DNA of 64,000 nucleotides from positions 1,760,001 to 1,824,000 of the forward strand of contig OZ220089.1 in NCBI GenBank assembly GCA_964291625.2, written 5' to 3'. The notes under the pieces are model-generated. The model was not told the DNA's origin. It was given only the letters and a program-made list of their open reading frames with translations, and made no database searches. Source of the DNA: Candidatus Latescibacterota bacterium (GTDB lineage Bacteria > Latescibacterota > UBA2968 > UBA8231). Shown one piece after another: positions 32,360-42,461 of this stretch; within the stretch, counting starts at the first letter, position 1; each line of letters begins with the position of its first letter. Position numbers and translations under genes: made by a program.

Positions 32360-34417
32360 GTGAGCATTGAGATCCACGTCGCCGTCGATGGCAAGGACAC
32401 ACACTCCGGAACCCGGAAGCAACCTTTCGCCACTCTCGCCCGCGCCCGCGATGCCCTGCGGGCCCTGCCGGCCGAGGAGCGCGCCGGCAGCACCGTCTGG
32501 ATCGGCGGCGGCGACTACCCGCTGACCGAGAGCCTGCGCCTGGGCCGCCGCGACGGCGGCCGTCCCGAGGCCCCGGTGACCTGGCGCTCCCTGCCGGATC
32601 AACGGGTACGCCTCCTCGGCGGCATCACCCTCTCCGGCTTCACCCCGGTGCGCGATGCCGCCGTCCGGGCGCGGCTGGACCCCGCGGCGCGCCGCCACGT
32701 GCGCCAGGTGGACCTGAAGGCCCTCGGCCTCGGGCGCCTGTCGCCGATGCGGTCGCGCGGTTTCGGCCGCCAGATGACAGCGGCCCACGTGGAGCTCTTC
32801 GTCGACGGCGAACCGCAGACGGTGGCCCGCTGGCCGAACGCCGATGCCGACGAGCCCTTCGCCCGCATGGCCGGCTTTCCCGAGGGCAAGAGCCGCGACG
32901 ACGGCCACGGCACGCAGTTGGGGCTCCTGGAAGAGGGCTTCTTCTACGAAGGGGACCGCCCGCGCCGGTGGGCGACCGTGGACGACGCCTGGGTGCACGG
33001 CTACTGGGCCTACGACTGGGCCAACAGCTACGAGCGCATCGCCTCCATCGACGTCGAGGCGCGCCTCGTCAAGACCCTCCCGCCTCACGGCAACCACGGG
33101 TTCCGGCCCGGAAACCGGATCTACTTCCTCAACATCCTCGAGGAGCTCGACTCGCCGGGAGAGTACTTCGTCGACCGCGCCGCCGGCATCCTCTACCTGT
33201 GGCCGCCCAAGCCCCTGAGGAGCGCCGAGGTCATGCTGTCGCTTCTCGAGAGTCCCCTCGTCGCCCTCGGGGGGGCCCGCCACGTCGTCCTGCGCGACCT
33301 CGAGCTGACGGCGACCCGGGGCCACGCCGTCGCCGTCAAGGGCGGCACCGGCTGCCTCGTCGCCGGCTGCCGCATCTCGAACACGGGCAACTACGGCGTC
33401 TGGATCGACGGCGGCACCGACCACGGGGTGCAGGGCTGCGATATCTGGAACAACGGCGACGGCGGCGTCAGCCTCAGCGGCGGCGACCGCAAGAGCATCA
33501 CCCCCTGCCGGCACTTCGTCCACAACTGCCACTTCCATCACCAGGCCCGCTGGTCGCGCTGCTACTACCCGGCCGTGAACCTGGAGGGCGTCGGCACGCG
33601 CGTCTCCAACAACGAGATCCACGACCACCCGCACTGCGCCATCCTGTTCTGGGGCAATGACCACCTGATCGAGTACAACCACATCCACCACGTCTGTCAC
33701 GAGACCGGCGACGTGGGCGCCATCTACACGGGCCGCAACTGGACCTACCGCGACAACATCATTCGCTACAACCACATGCACGACATCCGCGGTCCCGGCA
33801 ACGGCGAAGCCCTCGTCGTCTATCTCGACGACTGCGTCAGCGGCATCACCGTGTACGGCAACCTGATCGTGAACACGCAGTGCGCCGTCGGCATCGGGGG
33901 GGGCCGCGACTGCCTGGTGGAGAACAACGTCTTCGTCGACAATCACCCGGCCATCGGCATCGACGCCCGCGGCCTCGACAAGAGCCCGGTCTGGGCAAAC
34001 GGGGTGCTGGGGCTGGCGGAGAGCCTGCGGGAGATGGATCACCACAACCCGCCCTATTCGGAGCGCTATCCCGAGCTGATGGAGATCGACCGCTGGGTCG
34101 CGGCCGGCACCGGCGTGCCGCCCGAGGGGAACCGCTTTCTGCGCAATCTCTTCGTCGAAGGCTGGTGGCTGCGGATCTTCTGGCTGGCCGAGGAGGAGAT
34201 CATCGACATCCGCGACAACTGGCTCGTCCCCGAAGCCGGCGATCCGGGCTGGGTCGATCCGGAGGATCCGGGCCGCGCCGGTTGGGCCCTGCGCGACGAC
34301 GCCCGGATCCTGCGCGTCACCGGCTTCCAGCCGCTGCCGCTGGAGCGCATCGGCCTGCGCCGGGACGAGTACCGTCCCCGCCTGTCCGCGCCGCGCCCGA
34401 AGCGGCGCCGCCGCTGA
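32360..34417 (+). CDS. Right-handed parallel beta-helix protein (GH141-like)
   Basis: G.D..SGT...PFATL, ARWPN, ELDSPGEYF, repeated beta-helix coils, ETGDVGAIY, YLDD. Confidence 0.8.
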   Translation: MSIEIHVAVDGKDTHSGTRKQPFATLARARDALRALPAEERAGSTVWIGGGDYPLTESLRLGRRDGGRPEAPVTWRSLPDQRVRLLGGITLSGFTPVRDAAVRARLDPAARRHVRQVDLKALGLGRLSPMRSRGFGRQMTAAHVELFVDGEPQTVARWPNADADEPFARMAGFPEGKSRDDGHGTQLGLLEEGFFYEGDRPRRWATVDDAWVHGYWAYDWANSYERIASIDVEARLVKTLPPHGNHGFRPGNRIYFLNILEELDSPGEYFVDRAAGILYLWPPKPLRSAEVMLSLLESPLVALGGARHVVLRDLELTATRGHAVAVKGGTGCLVAGCRISNTGNYGVWIDGGTDHGVQGCDIWNNGDGGVSLSGGDRKSITPCRHFVHNCHFHHQARWSRCYYPAVNLEGVGTRVSNNEIHDHPHCAILFWGNDHLIEYNHIHHVCHETGDVGAIYTGRNWTYRDNIIRYNHMHDIRGPGNGEALVVYLDDCVSGITVYGNLIVNTQCAVGIGGGRDCLVENNVFVDNHPAIGIDARGLDKSPVWANGVLGLAESLREMDHHNPPYSERYPELMEIDRWVAAGTGVPPEGNRFLRNLFVEGWWLRIFWLAEEEIIDIRDNWLVPEAGDPGWVDPEDPGRAGWALRDDARILRVTGFQPLPLERIGLRRDEYRPRLSAPRPKRRRR

Positions 34418-35574
34418 TGAACCGTATCGTCTTCGTCTCCCAGGGCCGGACGGCGATCGTGAACGCCGACGGCAGCGGTCTGCGGTACTTCGAGTTCGAC
34501 GTGCCCCTCCAGGAGACCTGGCACCCCGGCGAGTTCTTCGCCGACGGCAGGATGCTGCTCACCAGCATGGAGGCGCGGCGCGACGGGCCCGGCAAGTCCT
34601 TCGACGAGTACTACCACCTGACGCCCACCCACACCTGGATCTACGATCCCGAGGGGGACACGCTCGAAGAGATCCTCACTCGCGAGCGGCTGGCCGTCTC
34701 CCAGCAACCGTACCTCCTGCTGAAAAACGGGCGCATGCTCGTGCAGGTCGTCTTTGCAGACAGGACGGCCCAGGCCTACAGCATGAACCCGGACGGCACC
34801 GATGCGCGGGAGGTGACCCAGGCGGGCGAGGGCCTGGCGTACGGGCTCAGTCTCAGTCCGGACGGCAGCCGCATCGCCTTTCACCTGGCCGGTCCATCGG
34901 GGTACCAGATCTGGACCAGCGACGTGGACGGGGGGAACCGCGTCCTGGTGGCGGCTCACGAGGAGTACCTGTTCTTCGGGCCGAACTGGTCCCCCGACGG
35001 CGAGTGGCTGGTCTACCAGGGATGCCTCTTCCGGCACGACTCCGGACACGACTGGTCCGACCTGTTCATCAACCGCCCGGACGGCTCCGAGCCGCGGCAA
35101 CTGACGGACGGGCAGGCCCTGTGGTTCGGGGCGTCGTACGGCTCTCCCGAGACCAGGGGGGGCGGTTCCAACATGCCGGTCTGGTCACGGGACGGGTCGA
35201 TCCTGGTGTCGCGCCGGCTGCCCGGTTCCAAGGTGCCCTGGGAGCACCAGCCGCAGCGTCCGGACATGGACCACTTCAACCGCGATTACAAGCCGGAGCT
35301 GGCCCGCGGCGGCACCGAGATCTGCCGGATCGATCCGGGCGGCGGCGCCCTCGTGCGGCTCACCCGCTCGGACCCGCCGGTCTGGGACTTCCGGCAGAGC
35401 GAGTCACCCGACGGCGGGCAGATCGTCTTCTGCCGGGCGAAGACGGGGGAACCGCCGGCCGTCTGGGTGGCGGACGGGGATGGCCGGAATCAGCGGCTCC
35501 TCACCCGGGGGATCGACAGCCGGGGTGCGGATCACCCGAGGTGGGTGCCGCGGGCGGATCAGGGGTCAGCCTGA
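34417..35574 (+). CDS. TolB-like / PD40 beta-propeller protein
   Basis: LSPDGSRIAF, PNWSPDGEWLVY, PVWSRDG, SPDGGQIVF, HPRW. ATG overlaps the upstream TGA. Confidence 0.8.
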   Translation: MNRIVFVSQGRTAIVNADGSGLRYFEFDVPLQETWHPGEFFADGRMLLTSMEARRDGPGKSFDEYYHLTPTHTWIYDPEGDTLEEILTRERLAVSQQPYLLLKNGRMLVQVVFADRTAQAYSMNPDGTDAREVTQAGEGLAYGLSLSPDGSRIAFHLAGPSGYQIWTSDVDGGNRVLVAAHEEYLFFGPNWSPDGEWLVYQGCLFRHDSGHDWSDLFINRPDGSEPRQLTDGQALWFGASYGSPETRGGGSNMPVWSRDGSILVSRRLPGSKVPWEHQPQRPDMDHFNRDYKPELARGGTEICRIDPGGGALVRLTRSDPPVWDFRQSESPDGGQIVFCRAKTGEPPAVWVADGDGRNQRLLTRGIDSRGADHPRWVPRADQGSA

Positions 35575-35673
35575 GTCTGCCCCAGTCGGGCGTGCGCCGA
35601 CATCGTGGTCGGTTGCGTGGGACGGCAGTCGAGAGCAGCCACGGCCCGCGTCCAGGCGCGGCTCAAGCCAGGG

Positions 35674-36984
35674 CTAGTCCCGGTAGGGGTCGTGGGTCTC
35701 GGGACCGGCCATGGCCACGCCCAGGGGCTGAAGGGTGTGGAGCACGCGGATCGAGCCGGCGTGGTGCTCCAGGACCTCCGGCAGCCGCTTGTAGCAGTGG
35801 GGCGACTCGTCGGTGCCGGCGCCGCGCAGCTCCACCCCCCAGTCCCGGACCCAGTCCTCCATCATCTGGCGGCTGATCCGGCCCTCCTTGACGACCACGG
35901 GCCTCTTGCGGCCCCCCTTCCCCCTCTTCCAGCGCACGCGGCCGGCGGCGGCCGTGCGCGACATGACGCGGCCGGCGCCGTGCACGGTGGAGCGGTAGCC
36001 CCGGGCCGCCTCCTCGGTGTCGACGCCCTCGACGATCACGGAGACGTCGCCCATGGAGCCACCGATGAAGCCGCGCTGTCCGGGGAAGGCGGGCGTCGCG
36101 CCCTTGCGCACGACCCACAGCCGGCGGCCGCCGTGCTCCTCGAGCCATGCGAAGTTGTGGTGGTTGTGGACCTCTTCCAGGGCCGGCGACCCGAGGATCT
36201 CGCAGACGCGGCCGCAGACCCAGTCGCGGCCGGCGTAGGCGTAGCGTCCGGCCAGCTCCATGCAGGCGCGGTACTCCTCCCCCGCCCGGGAGTCGACGTC
36301 GAAGAGCACGGGAGGGGCGTGGAAGTCGTCGGACCCGCCGCCGAGGCGCATGAAGTGGGTGGCCAGCCGGTGGCCGAGGCCGCGGGAGCCGAAGTGGACG
36401 CCGATCCAGAGGCGGTCCTCCTCGTCGGCGAAGACGTCGACGTAGTGGTTGCCGGCGCCCACGGTGCCGAGCTGCCCCCGGGCCAGGCCGTGGAGCCCCG
36501 CCGCCACGTCGATGCTCCAGGCGGGATCGTCCTCGAAGAGGGGATGGTCCACGGTCTCCTTGTTCCTGCGGCCGATGCCGAAGGAGATCGTCTCCCAGAT
36601 CTCGTCCATCAGCTCCGAGATCCTCGGCCGCACCTCGGCGGCGCTGAGACCGACGCGCACCGCCTTGTTGCCGCAGGCGATGTCGTAGCCCACGCCCGAG
36701 GGCGAGATCCGGTCCTCGTAGGCGACGACCCCGCCCACGGGCATGGAGTATCCGAGGTGATGGTCGGCCATCAGGACACCGCCGACGGCGCCGGTGCCGT
36801 CGGCCATGCAGGCGTGGATCTGGCGGACCGCGCCCTCGTCGACGGGATCGCCCCAGGCGGCGCGCAGGCGGCCGCTGTCGGTCCGGCGGGCGTTGGGACC
36901 CGACGGCTTTCCGACGGACCCTTCGCCCCCGGCCCGTCCTGGCCGGGCCCCCTTGAGAGATGGCTTCGCCGCGCGTCTCCTCAT
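35674..36984 (-). CDS. rtcB: RtcB-family RNA-splicing/repair ligase
   Basis: LMADHHLGYSMPVGGV, GVGYDIACG, QLGTVGAGNHY, HFGSRGLG, HNHHNFA, VRKGATPA, HGAGR, DESPHCYK. Confidence 0.93.
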   Translation of the reverse strand: MRRRAAKPSLKGARPGRAGGEGSVGKPSGPNARRTDSGRLRAAWGDPVDEGAVRQIHACMADGTGAVGGVLMADHHLGYSMPVGGVVAYEDRISPSGVGYDIACGNKAVRVGLSAAEVRPRISELMDEIWETISFGIGRRNKETVDHPLFEDDPAWSIDVAAGLHGLARGQLGTVGAGNHYVDVFADEEDRLWIGVHFGSRGLGHRLATHFMRLGGGSDDFHAPPVLFDVDSRAGEEYRACMELAGRYAYAGRDWVCGRVCEILGSPALEEVHNHHNFAWLEEHGGRRLWVVRKGATPAFPGQRGFIGGSMGDVSVIVEGVDTEEAARGYRSTVHGAGRVMSRTAAAGRVRWKRGKGGRKRPVVVKEGRISRQMMEDWVRDWGVELRGAGTDESPHCYKRLPEVLEHHAGSIRVLHTLQPLGVAMAGPETHDPYRD

Positions 36985-37187
36985 TTCGCCAGGATCTCCG
37001 AAGCCTCGCAGTCCAGTCCAGCGCACAAGCGGGCGACGATCTCCTCCTCCACCTCGGTCTCGCCGCCGACGAGAATCGCCGTCAGGCGGTCGTAGCTGAT
37101 TCCGACCTGGTTGGCCAGTTGGAACTTGAAGAGGAAGTTCCTCCGCATCATCTGTCTTTGCAGGGCCGGGACATTCAGGCGCGGCAT
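36981..37187 (-). CDS. Small XRE/Cro-type HTH protein (68 aa)
   Basis: MPRLNVPALQRQMMRR...QLANQVGISYDRLTAIL...IVARLCAGLDCEASEIL. Its TGA overlaps the rtcB ATG (ATGA). Confidence 0.7.
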   Translation of the reverse strand: MPRLNVPALQRQMMRRNFLFKFQLANQVGISYDRLTAILVGGETEVEEEIVARLCAGLDCEASEILAK

Positions 37188-37280
37188 GGTCAGGCCCCCC
37201 GGGGCCGCGCGGCCCGGATCGAGGGGGCTGCCGGGCGACGAGCTTGAGGCGCGGACGAGGACGGGGTTAGCATTCGAGGC

Positions 37281-38273
37281 ATGGGACCGCACGGGGTAGG
37301 AATCATCGGAGCGGGCAGCGTCGCCCACGGGCACCTGCGGGCGGCGGCGGCCCTTGAATCTACGCAGGTGCGGGCCGTCGCCGACACCCGGGCGGAGGCC
37401 CGCGACCGCGTCAGCGCGGAGCACGGCTGCCGCGGCTATTCCACGTACCAGGAACTGCTCGACGACGACCGGGTCGACCTGGCCATCGTCTGCCTGCCCC
37501 ACGCCCTGCACTGCGAGGCGACCGTGGCCGCCCTGGAGGCGGGCAAGCATGTCCTGGTGGAGAAGCCGATGGCCGTCGACGTCGAGCAGTGCGACGCCAT
37601 GATCGAGGCCTCCCGCCGCTCGGGCCGGCAGCTCACCGTGGGCCACATGCACCACTTCTCGCCGCCGAACCGCGCCGTGAAGAAGCTGCTGAGCGAGCGG
37701 GCCCTGGGCGAGCTGGTCTGTCTCTGCGACGAGGGCTACCGGCCCTTCAAGCCCAAGAGGCGGGCCTGGTACCTCGACAAGGCCACCTACGGCGGACTGT
37801 GGTACCAGAACGGCATCCACCTCATCGACCGCTCCTGCTGGTGGACGGGCCACCGCGTCGCGGCCGTGAAGGCCCTGGTCGACAGCCGCTTCTTCGAGTT
37901 CTCGGCCGACGACGTGGCCATGGCCCTGCTGCAGTTCGAGAACGGCGTCCACGCCACCCTCATCCACGTCTGGTGGAAGACGGGCGGCACCCGCTTCAGC
38001 ACCGAGTTCGTGTGCACCGACGGCATGATCCAGCTGCACCGGGGCATCGAGTCCGGGGGGGACGACCTCTTCATCGGCAGGGAGGGGAACTGGGAGCCCG
38101 TGGAGGTCACCGAGGACCACGACACCACGGCGATGCAGCTGCAGGCCTTCGTGGACGCCATCGACGCGGGGACGGAGCCGCCCGTGACCGCCGGGTACTC
38201 CCGCCACCTCGTGGAGGTGATGGCCGCCTGCCTGGAGTCCTCCCGCACCGGCCGGGAGGTGGTGCTGGCGTGA
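37281..38273 (+). CDS. Gfo/Idh/MocA-family oxidoreductase
   Basis: GIIGAGSVA, CLPHALH, GKHVLVEKPMA, GGLWYQNGIH. Confidence 0.92.
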   Translation: MGPHGVGIIGAGSVAHGHLRAAAALESTQVRAVADTRAEARDRVSAEHGCRGYSTYQELLDDDRVDLAIVCLPHALHCEATVAALEAGKHVLVEKPMAVDVEQCDAMIEASRRSGRQLTVGHMHHFSPPNRAVKKLLSERALGELVCLCDEGYRPFKPKRRAWYLDKATYGGLWYQNGIHLIDRSCWWTGHRVAAVKALVDSRFFEFSADDVAMALLQFENGVHATLIHVWWKTGGTRFSTEFVCTDGMIQLHRGIESGGDDLFIGREGNWEPVEVTEDHDTTAMQLQAFVDAIDAGTEPPVTAGYSRHLVEVMAACLESSRTGREVVLA

Positions 38274-39670
38274 ACGACGCGGACCTGTGCTGGCTCTCCG
38301 CCCTCGAGCTGCGGCGGCTCTACCGGCGCCGGGAGCTGTCCCCGGTGGAGGTCACCGAGGCGGTCCTGCGCCGCATCGAGGCCGTCGACGGCGGGCTCAA
38401 CGCCTTCGTCACGGTCACTCCCGGGCGGGCCATGGCCGAAGCGCGCGCCGCCGAGGCCGCGTACGCCGGCGGCGATCAGGTCCCGCCGCTGGCCGGCATT
38501 CCCGGCTCCCTGAAGGACCTGACGGCGACGCACGGGATCCGCACCACCCGGGGCTCGCTGTCGACCGCCGACTGGGTCCCCGACTTCGACGCGCCCCTCA
38601 CCGAACGCCTGCGCGACGCCGGCATGGTCCTCCTCGGCAAGACCAACACCCCGGAGTTAGGGTGGAAGGGGGACTCCGGCAACCGCGTCTGCGGACCGAC
38701 CCACAATCCCTGGCGCCACGGACGCACGCCCGGCGGCTCCAGCGGCGGCGCCGCGGCGGCGGTGGCAGCCGGCCTGGGAGCCCTGGCCCAGGGCACGGAC
38801 GGCGCCGGCTCGATCCGCATCCCCGCCGCCTTCTGCGGCGCCTTCGGCTTCAAGCCCTCCTGGGGACGGATCCCCCAGCACCCGGCCAGCGTCGTGGAGA
38901 CCCTGTCCCACGCCGGTCCGATCACGCGCACCGTGGGCGACGCCGTGCTCATGTTGCAGACCATGGCCGGCCCCGACGCGCGGGACCGCACCTCCATGCC
39001 GGCCGAGCCCGTGGCCCTGGACCAGATCGAGGGAGGGATGGAGGGACTGCGCGCGGCCTGGTCTTCCGACCTCGGATACGCCGCCGTCGATCCCCGGGTG
39101 GTCGAGACCGCCCGGTCCGCCGCTCTCCGGTTCGCGGACCTCGGCTGCACCCTCGAGGAGGCGCACCCCGAGACCGCCGATCCCTGGCGGCTTCTCCACA
39201 CCCTGTGGTCGACGGCCTTCGCCGCCACCTTCCGCGACGACTTCGACAACATCGCCGACCGCCTCGACCCCGGTCTGCGGGCCGTCGTCGAGGAGGGCTT
39301 CCGGTTCCGCGGCACGGATGTGGCCGCCGCCTACCTGGAGCGCAACCCCTACTATCACCTCTGGCGGGAGTTCTTCGAGAGCCGCGACCTGCTGCTGACA
39401 CCGACCCTGCCGGTGACCGCCTTCGCCGCCGGCGACGACCACCCGGGCTCGATCGCCGGCCGCGAGACCACCTACCTGAGCTGGACGGCCTTCACCTACC
39501 CGGTGAACCTCACCGGCCTGCCGGCCGCCACCGTGCCCTGCGGCTTCGTCGACGGCCTGCCCGTGGGCCTGCAGATCATCGGCGGCTGGCGCCAGGACCT
39601 CGCCGTTCTGCGCGCCGCCCGGGCCTTCGAGCAGCTCGCCCCCTGGAGCCAGGAACGGCCGCCCCTCTGA
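38270..39670 (+). CDS. Amidase signature family enzyme
   Basis: SLKDL, GKTNTPE, TPGGSSGGAAAAVAAG, GTDGAGSIRIPA, GLPVGLQ. GTG start overlaps the upstream TGA. Confidence 0.93.
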   Translation: MNDADLCWLSALELRRLYRRRELSPVEVTEAVLRRIEAVDGGLNAFVTVTPGRAMAEARAAEAAYAGGDQVPPLAGIPGSLKDLTATHGIRTTRGSLSTADWVPDFDAPLTERLRDAGMVLLGKTNTPELGWKGDSGNRVCGPTHNPWRHGRTPGGSSGGAAAAVAAGLGALAQGTDGAGSIRIPAAFCGAFGFKPSWGRIPQHPASVVETLSHAGPITRTVGDAVLMLQTMAGPDARDRTSMPAEPVALDQIEGGMEGLRAAWSSDLGYAAVDPRVVETARSAALRFADLGCTLEEAHPETADPWRLLHTLWSTAFAATFRDDFDNIADRLDPGLRAVVEEGFRFRGTDVAAAYLERNPYYHLWREFFESRDLLLTPTLPVTAFAAGDDHPGSIAGRETTYLSWTAFTYPVNLTGLPAATVPCGFVDGLPVGLQIIGGWRQDLAVLRAARAFEQLAPWSQERPPL

Positions 39671-39700
39671 TCCGGGACGTCGCCGGCCCGGGGAAGAGAG

Positions 39701-40447
39701 TCAGCCGTCGCGGCGCATGAGGCTGAAGCTCTGCGCCGTGGGCCCCACGTCCGGCTGGGTGGCCAGGAAGAGGGCCAGGGGCACCACCTCCTCCGGGGAC
39801 TTCACCCATTCGCTGTCGATCCCGGCCACCGCGCCGCCGCCTCGGGTGGCGTCGGTGCGCACCGGCCCCGGGATCAGCTCGTTGACGCTGATGCCGTCGG
39901 CCCACAGCTCGCGGGCGCTGACGCGGGTCAGCATCCACAGGGCGGCCTTGGCGCAGCAGTAGGCCGAGTCTCCGGCCAGACCGTTGTGGCCCATGCCCGA
40001 GCCCATGGTGAGGATCTTGCCGCCGCCGCGCCGCTTCAGGTGCGGGATGACGGCGCGGATGCAGTGGTAGGCGCCGAAGAGGTTCACGGCCAAGGTGGCC
40101 TCCCACAGAGAGGGGTCTCCCTCCAGGATCGGCTTCGACTCGAGGACGCCGCCGGCATTGGCGACCAGGATGTCGACACCGCCCATCGCCTCCGCCGCCG
40201 CCTCGAACATACTCGTCACGGCCCGGGGGTCGGTGACGTCGGCGGCCACGGCGATCCCGGTCCCGCCGGCGCCGCGGATGCGGTCTGCGGTATCCTCGAT
40301 CTGCTCCCGCGTGCGGGCCGTGCAGCAGACCGCCGCTCCGGCCTCGGCGTAGGCGAGGGCGATGGCCCGTCCGATGCCGCGGCCGGCCCCGGTGACGACG
40401 GCGACCTTGCCGCGGAGGGGCCGGTCCCCTGGTCCCGTGGCGCTCAC
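39701..40447 (-). CDS. Short-chain dehydrogenase/reductase (SDR)
   Basis: VTGAGRGIG, DILVANAG, YCCAK (YxxxK), NELIPG. Confidence 0.92.
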   Translation of the reverse strand: MSATGPGDRPLRGKVAVVTGAGRGIGRAIALAYAEAGAAVCCTARTREQIEDTADRIRGAGGTGIAVAADVTDPRAVTSMFEAAAEAMGGVDILVANAGGVLESKPILEGDPSLWEATLAVNLFGAYHCIRAVIPHLKRRGGGKILTMGSGMGHNGLAGDSAYCCAKAALWMLTRVSARELWADGISVNELIPGPVRTDATRGGGAVAGIDSEWVKSPEEVVPLALFLATQPDVGPTAQSFSLMRRDG

Positions 40448-40626
40448 GAGAGGGTTGCCCCTTCCTCGATCTCCTCGCTGCGGATGAACCGACGGCACGA
40501 GGCGCAGTGATAGCTGCGAGTCCGGACCGAGCGGACCTCACCGTCCGGCAGGGTCACTCGCCGGCTGGTGGACTGCACGGAGACGTTGCGTGAGGCGCGG
40601 CAGCGCGGGCAGTACTCGGGATTCAT
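40444..40626 (-). CDS. Small zinc-ribbon protein (60 aa)
   Basis: CPRC...CASC, AGGAG RBS, stop overlaps the SDR start (GTGA). Confidence 0.6.
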   Translation of the reverse strand: MNPEYCPRCRASRNVSVQSTSRRVTLPDGEVRSVRTRSYHCASCRRFIRSEEIEEGATLS

Positions 40627-40720
40627 CGTGGTCGGCTCCTTTCCTGGGCGCGGCGGGATGCGAGAAAGCGAGCTTCAAAAGCGCAGCGCTCTCCATCTTC
40701 TCCTCCTGAGCCTGCGGGCA

Positions 40721-41089
40721 CTATCCGATCTCTTCGATCACGTCCGGCTCAGGCGTCTTCGCGAATTGGACGGCCTTGATCGTCCTGCTCCCTTCGAGCA
40801 AGGCTCGAGCCAGGCGGTGACCTCCGTCCATCAGACCGCCGTTCTCGTTGAGTATAATCGGGAATTCCGAGTTGACCTCATTGATCCGCTTGCAGTGGCC
40901 GGCCACCTCTCGGATGGTCGGCCTGCGACCCGCGCCGAACCAGCAGTCCCGGTCCAGTTCCCGAATGCTCTCCACCTCGACTTCGAACTCGGGCAGCTCC
41001 CGGGCCAGCTTCCACAGCCGGTCCGTGTACCAGATGTGTCTCTTCCCTCCGACTCTCGTCGAATGGGTCTCTCGTCTACGTCTGTGCAA
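40721..41089 (-). CDS. Small stand-alone ParB/Srx-like domain protein
   Basis: FPIIL..NGGLMDGGHRLARA motif; AGAGG RBS. Confidence 0.6.
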   Translation of the reverse strand: MHRRRRETHSTRVGGKRHIWYTDRLWKLARELPEFEVEVESIRELDRDCWFGAGRRPTIREVAGHCKRINEVNSEFPIILNENGGLMDGGHRLARALLEGSRTIKAVQFAKTPEPDVIEEIG

Positions 41090-41139
41090 AGCCCCTCTCC
41101 CTCAGCTCTCTCAGCCTCCAGTCATTCCCCGGCAACAGG

Positions 41140-41349
41140 TGACCACCGGATTTCTTCCCCCGATACACCTGCACAGCCAATCCTCAACAGTGATCATGTG
41201 GAGCATCCAGCGGCCAAGAACCCAGTCGGTCGAACCCGGGAGCCATCCCGCTCCTCATGGACATAGATCGAGTTTTCCCCATGCTCGCCATGTTGCAGCA
41301 CACACTCGAAACCATAGGATTCCACCTCCGCTACGAGCCTCTTCCCATC
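41140..41349. repeat. Direct repeat A, copy 1 (3' end of the methyltransferase gene plus downstream DNA)
   Basis: Shares long blocks with 44901-45113, e.g. CCGATACACCTGCACAGCCAATCCTCA, GGTCGAACCCGGGAGCCATCCCGCTCC, CACCTCCGCTACGAGCCTCTTCCCATC. Confidence 0.9.
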
Positions 41350-42048
41350 TCGATAGCACCGCTTGGGAATGTAGGTCTTGCCGTTGATGACCAGTGTGTC
41401 GCTGCAGGGAACTGCCTGCTCCAGTTCGGAAGGAGCCTTTTCCAGCGGCTCGTAGTAGTAGTCTGTTGACGGATCGTAGAGGCAATCGCCGTCATAGGTA
41501 TCGTAGGTCTGGCCGGTGGAGCGATCTACGACTCTCTCTTCCGGGCTATGCCGTCCGGACTCATAGACAGAGGAACTCACGAGGTAGTAGCCCTCGGGCT
41601 TCAGCATGGCCTTGACACTCTCGAAGACGGACCTGCGCTCCCTCGCGAAAACGATGTGGTTGATGCAGTAGCTGTCGAGTATCAAGTCGAACTGGCGCCC
41701 ATTCCGCGGAATCGCCGTCACGTCCACGACCTCGTATGAAATGGCCAGACCTCGGACGGCGGATATCTCCCGGGCCTTCCGGATCGCCTCCGGAATCAGA
41801 TCATAGCCGGTGACCTTGTAGCCCCGCTCGGCAAGGTACAGGGCCACCGGGCCCACGCCCGTGCCAAGTTCAAGCGTCTCCGGATCGGGCGTCTCGAACC
41901 GGAGCTTCGGCAAGGCCAACTCGAGGAATTCCCGGGAGGAGAAGTCATGGAAGTCGATGCCACCATACATCTGCCTTGCCCAGTCTTCCAGGCCCATCCG
42001 GGTCATGATCTCGTAACGCCGGACATTCTCGCGGAAGTAGTATCTCAC
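41194..42048 (-). CDS. Class I SAM-dependent methyltransferase
   Basis: LELGTGVG motif I, VTGYDL, FDLILD, LKPEGY. Confidence 0.88.
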   Translation of the reverse strand: MRYYFRENVRRYEIMTRMGLEDWARQMYGGIDFHDFSSREFLELALPKLRFETPDPETLELGTGVGPVALYLAERGYKVTGYDLIPEAIRKAREISAVRGLAISYEVVDVTAIPRNGRQFDLILDSYCINHIVFARERRSVFESVKAMLKPEGYYLVSSSVYESGRHSPEERVVDRSTGQTYDTYDGDCLYDPSTDYYYEPLEKAPSELEQAVPCSDTLVINGKTYIPKRCYRDGKRLVAEVESYGFECVLQHGEHGENSIYVHEERDGSRVRPTGFLAAGCST

Positions 42049-42290
42049 CTTGCCTGCGCGACATCGTAGGCCGCCTGCAGCCGTATCCAGGTCTCGGTCG
42101 TCGACCCGAAGGCCTTGGCCAGGCGGACGGCCATGTCCCCGGAAATCCGGGCGCGACCATTCACCAGGTTCGACAGGGCCTGGCGACTGACCCCAAGGAC
42201 CTTCGCTCCTTGCGTGACAGTGAGGCCGAGCGGCTCCAGACAGGACACACGCACGGCCTTGCCGGGGTGCGGCGGCTTCTTCATGGGCAT
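42045..42290 (-). CDS. higA: HigA-family antitoxin (orphan, possibly C-terminally shortened)
   Basis: MPMKKPPHPG...LGLTVTQGAKVLGVSRQALSNLVNG...DMAVRLAKAFGST.ETW.RLQAAYD. No higB upstream. Confidence 0.88.
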   Translation of the reverse strand: MPMKKPPHPGKAVRVSCLEPLGLTVTQGAKVLGVSRQALSNLVNGRARISGDMAVRLAKAFGSTTETWIRLQAAYDVAQAR

Positions 42291-42302
42291 GTGGTTTCGG
42301 AG

Positions 42303-42410
42303 TCAGGTCAGCTCGATGCGGAGCTTCTTGCCCATAGCCCTCGCAGCGCGGTCCATTGCCTGCAGCGTTACGGAGGGATTGGGACGCGTCAAGCAGACGG
42401 TCCAGGGATT
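42303..42410 (-). pseudogene. C-terminal remnant of an XRE-type HTH antitoxin/regulator with a frameshift
   Basis: Reads SLDRLLDAS(+1 base)NPSVTLQAMDRAARAMGKKLRIELT*, the typical LDRLLDxxNxSVTL...LRIEL C-terminus. 5' part missing. Confidence 0.6.
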
Positions 42411-42461
42411 ATGCGGCGGATGGTGGTCAGGGAGTGCCCTCATGAGTTGCGATCTGGGGGA

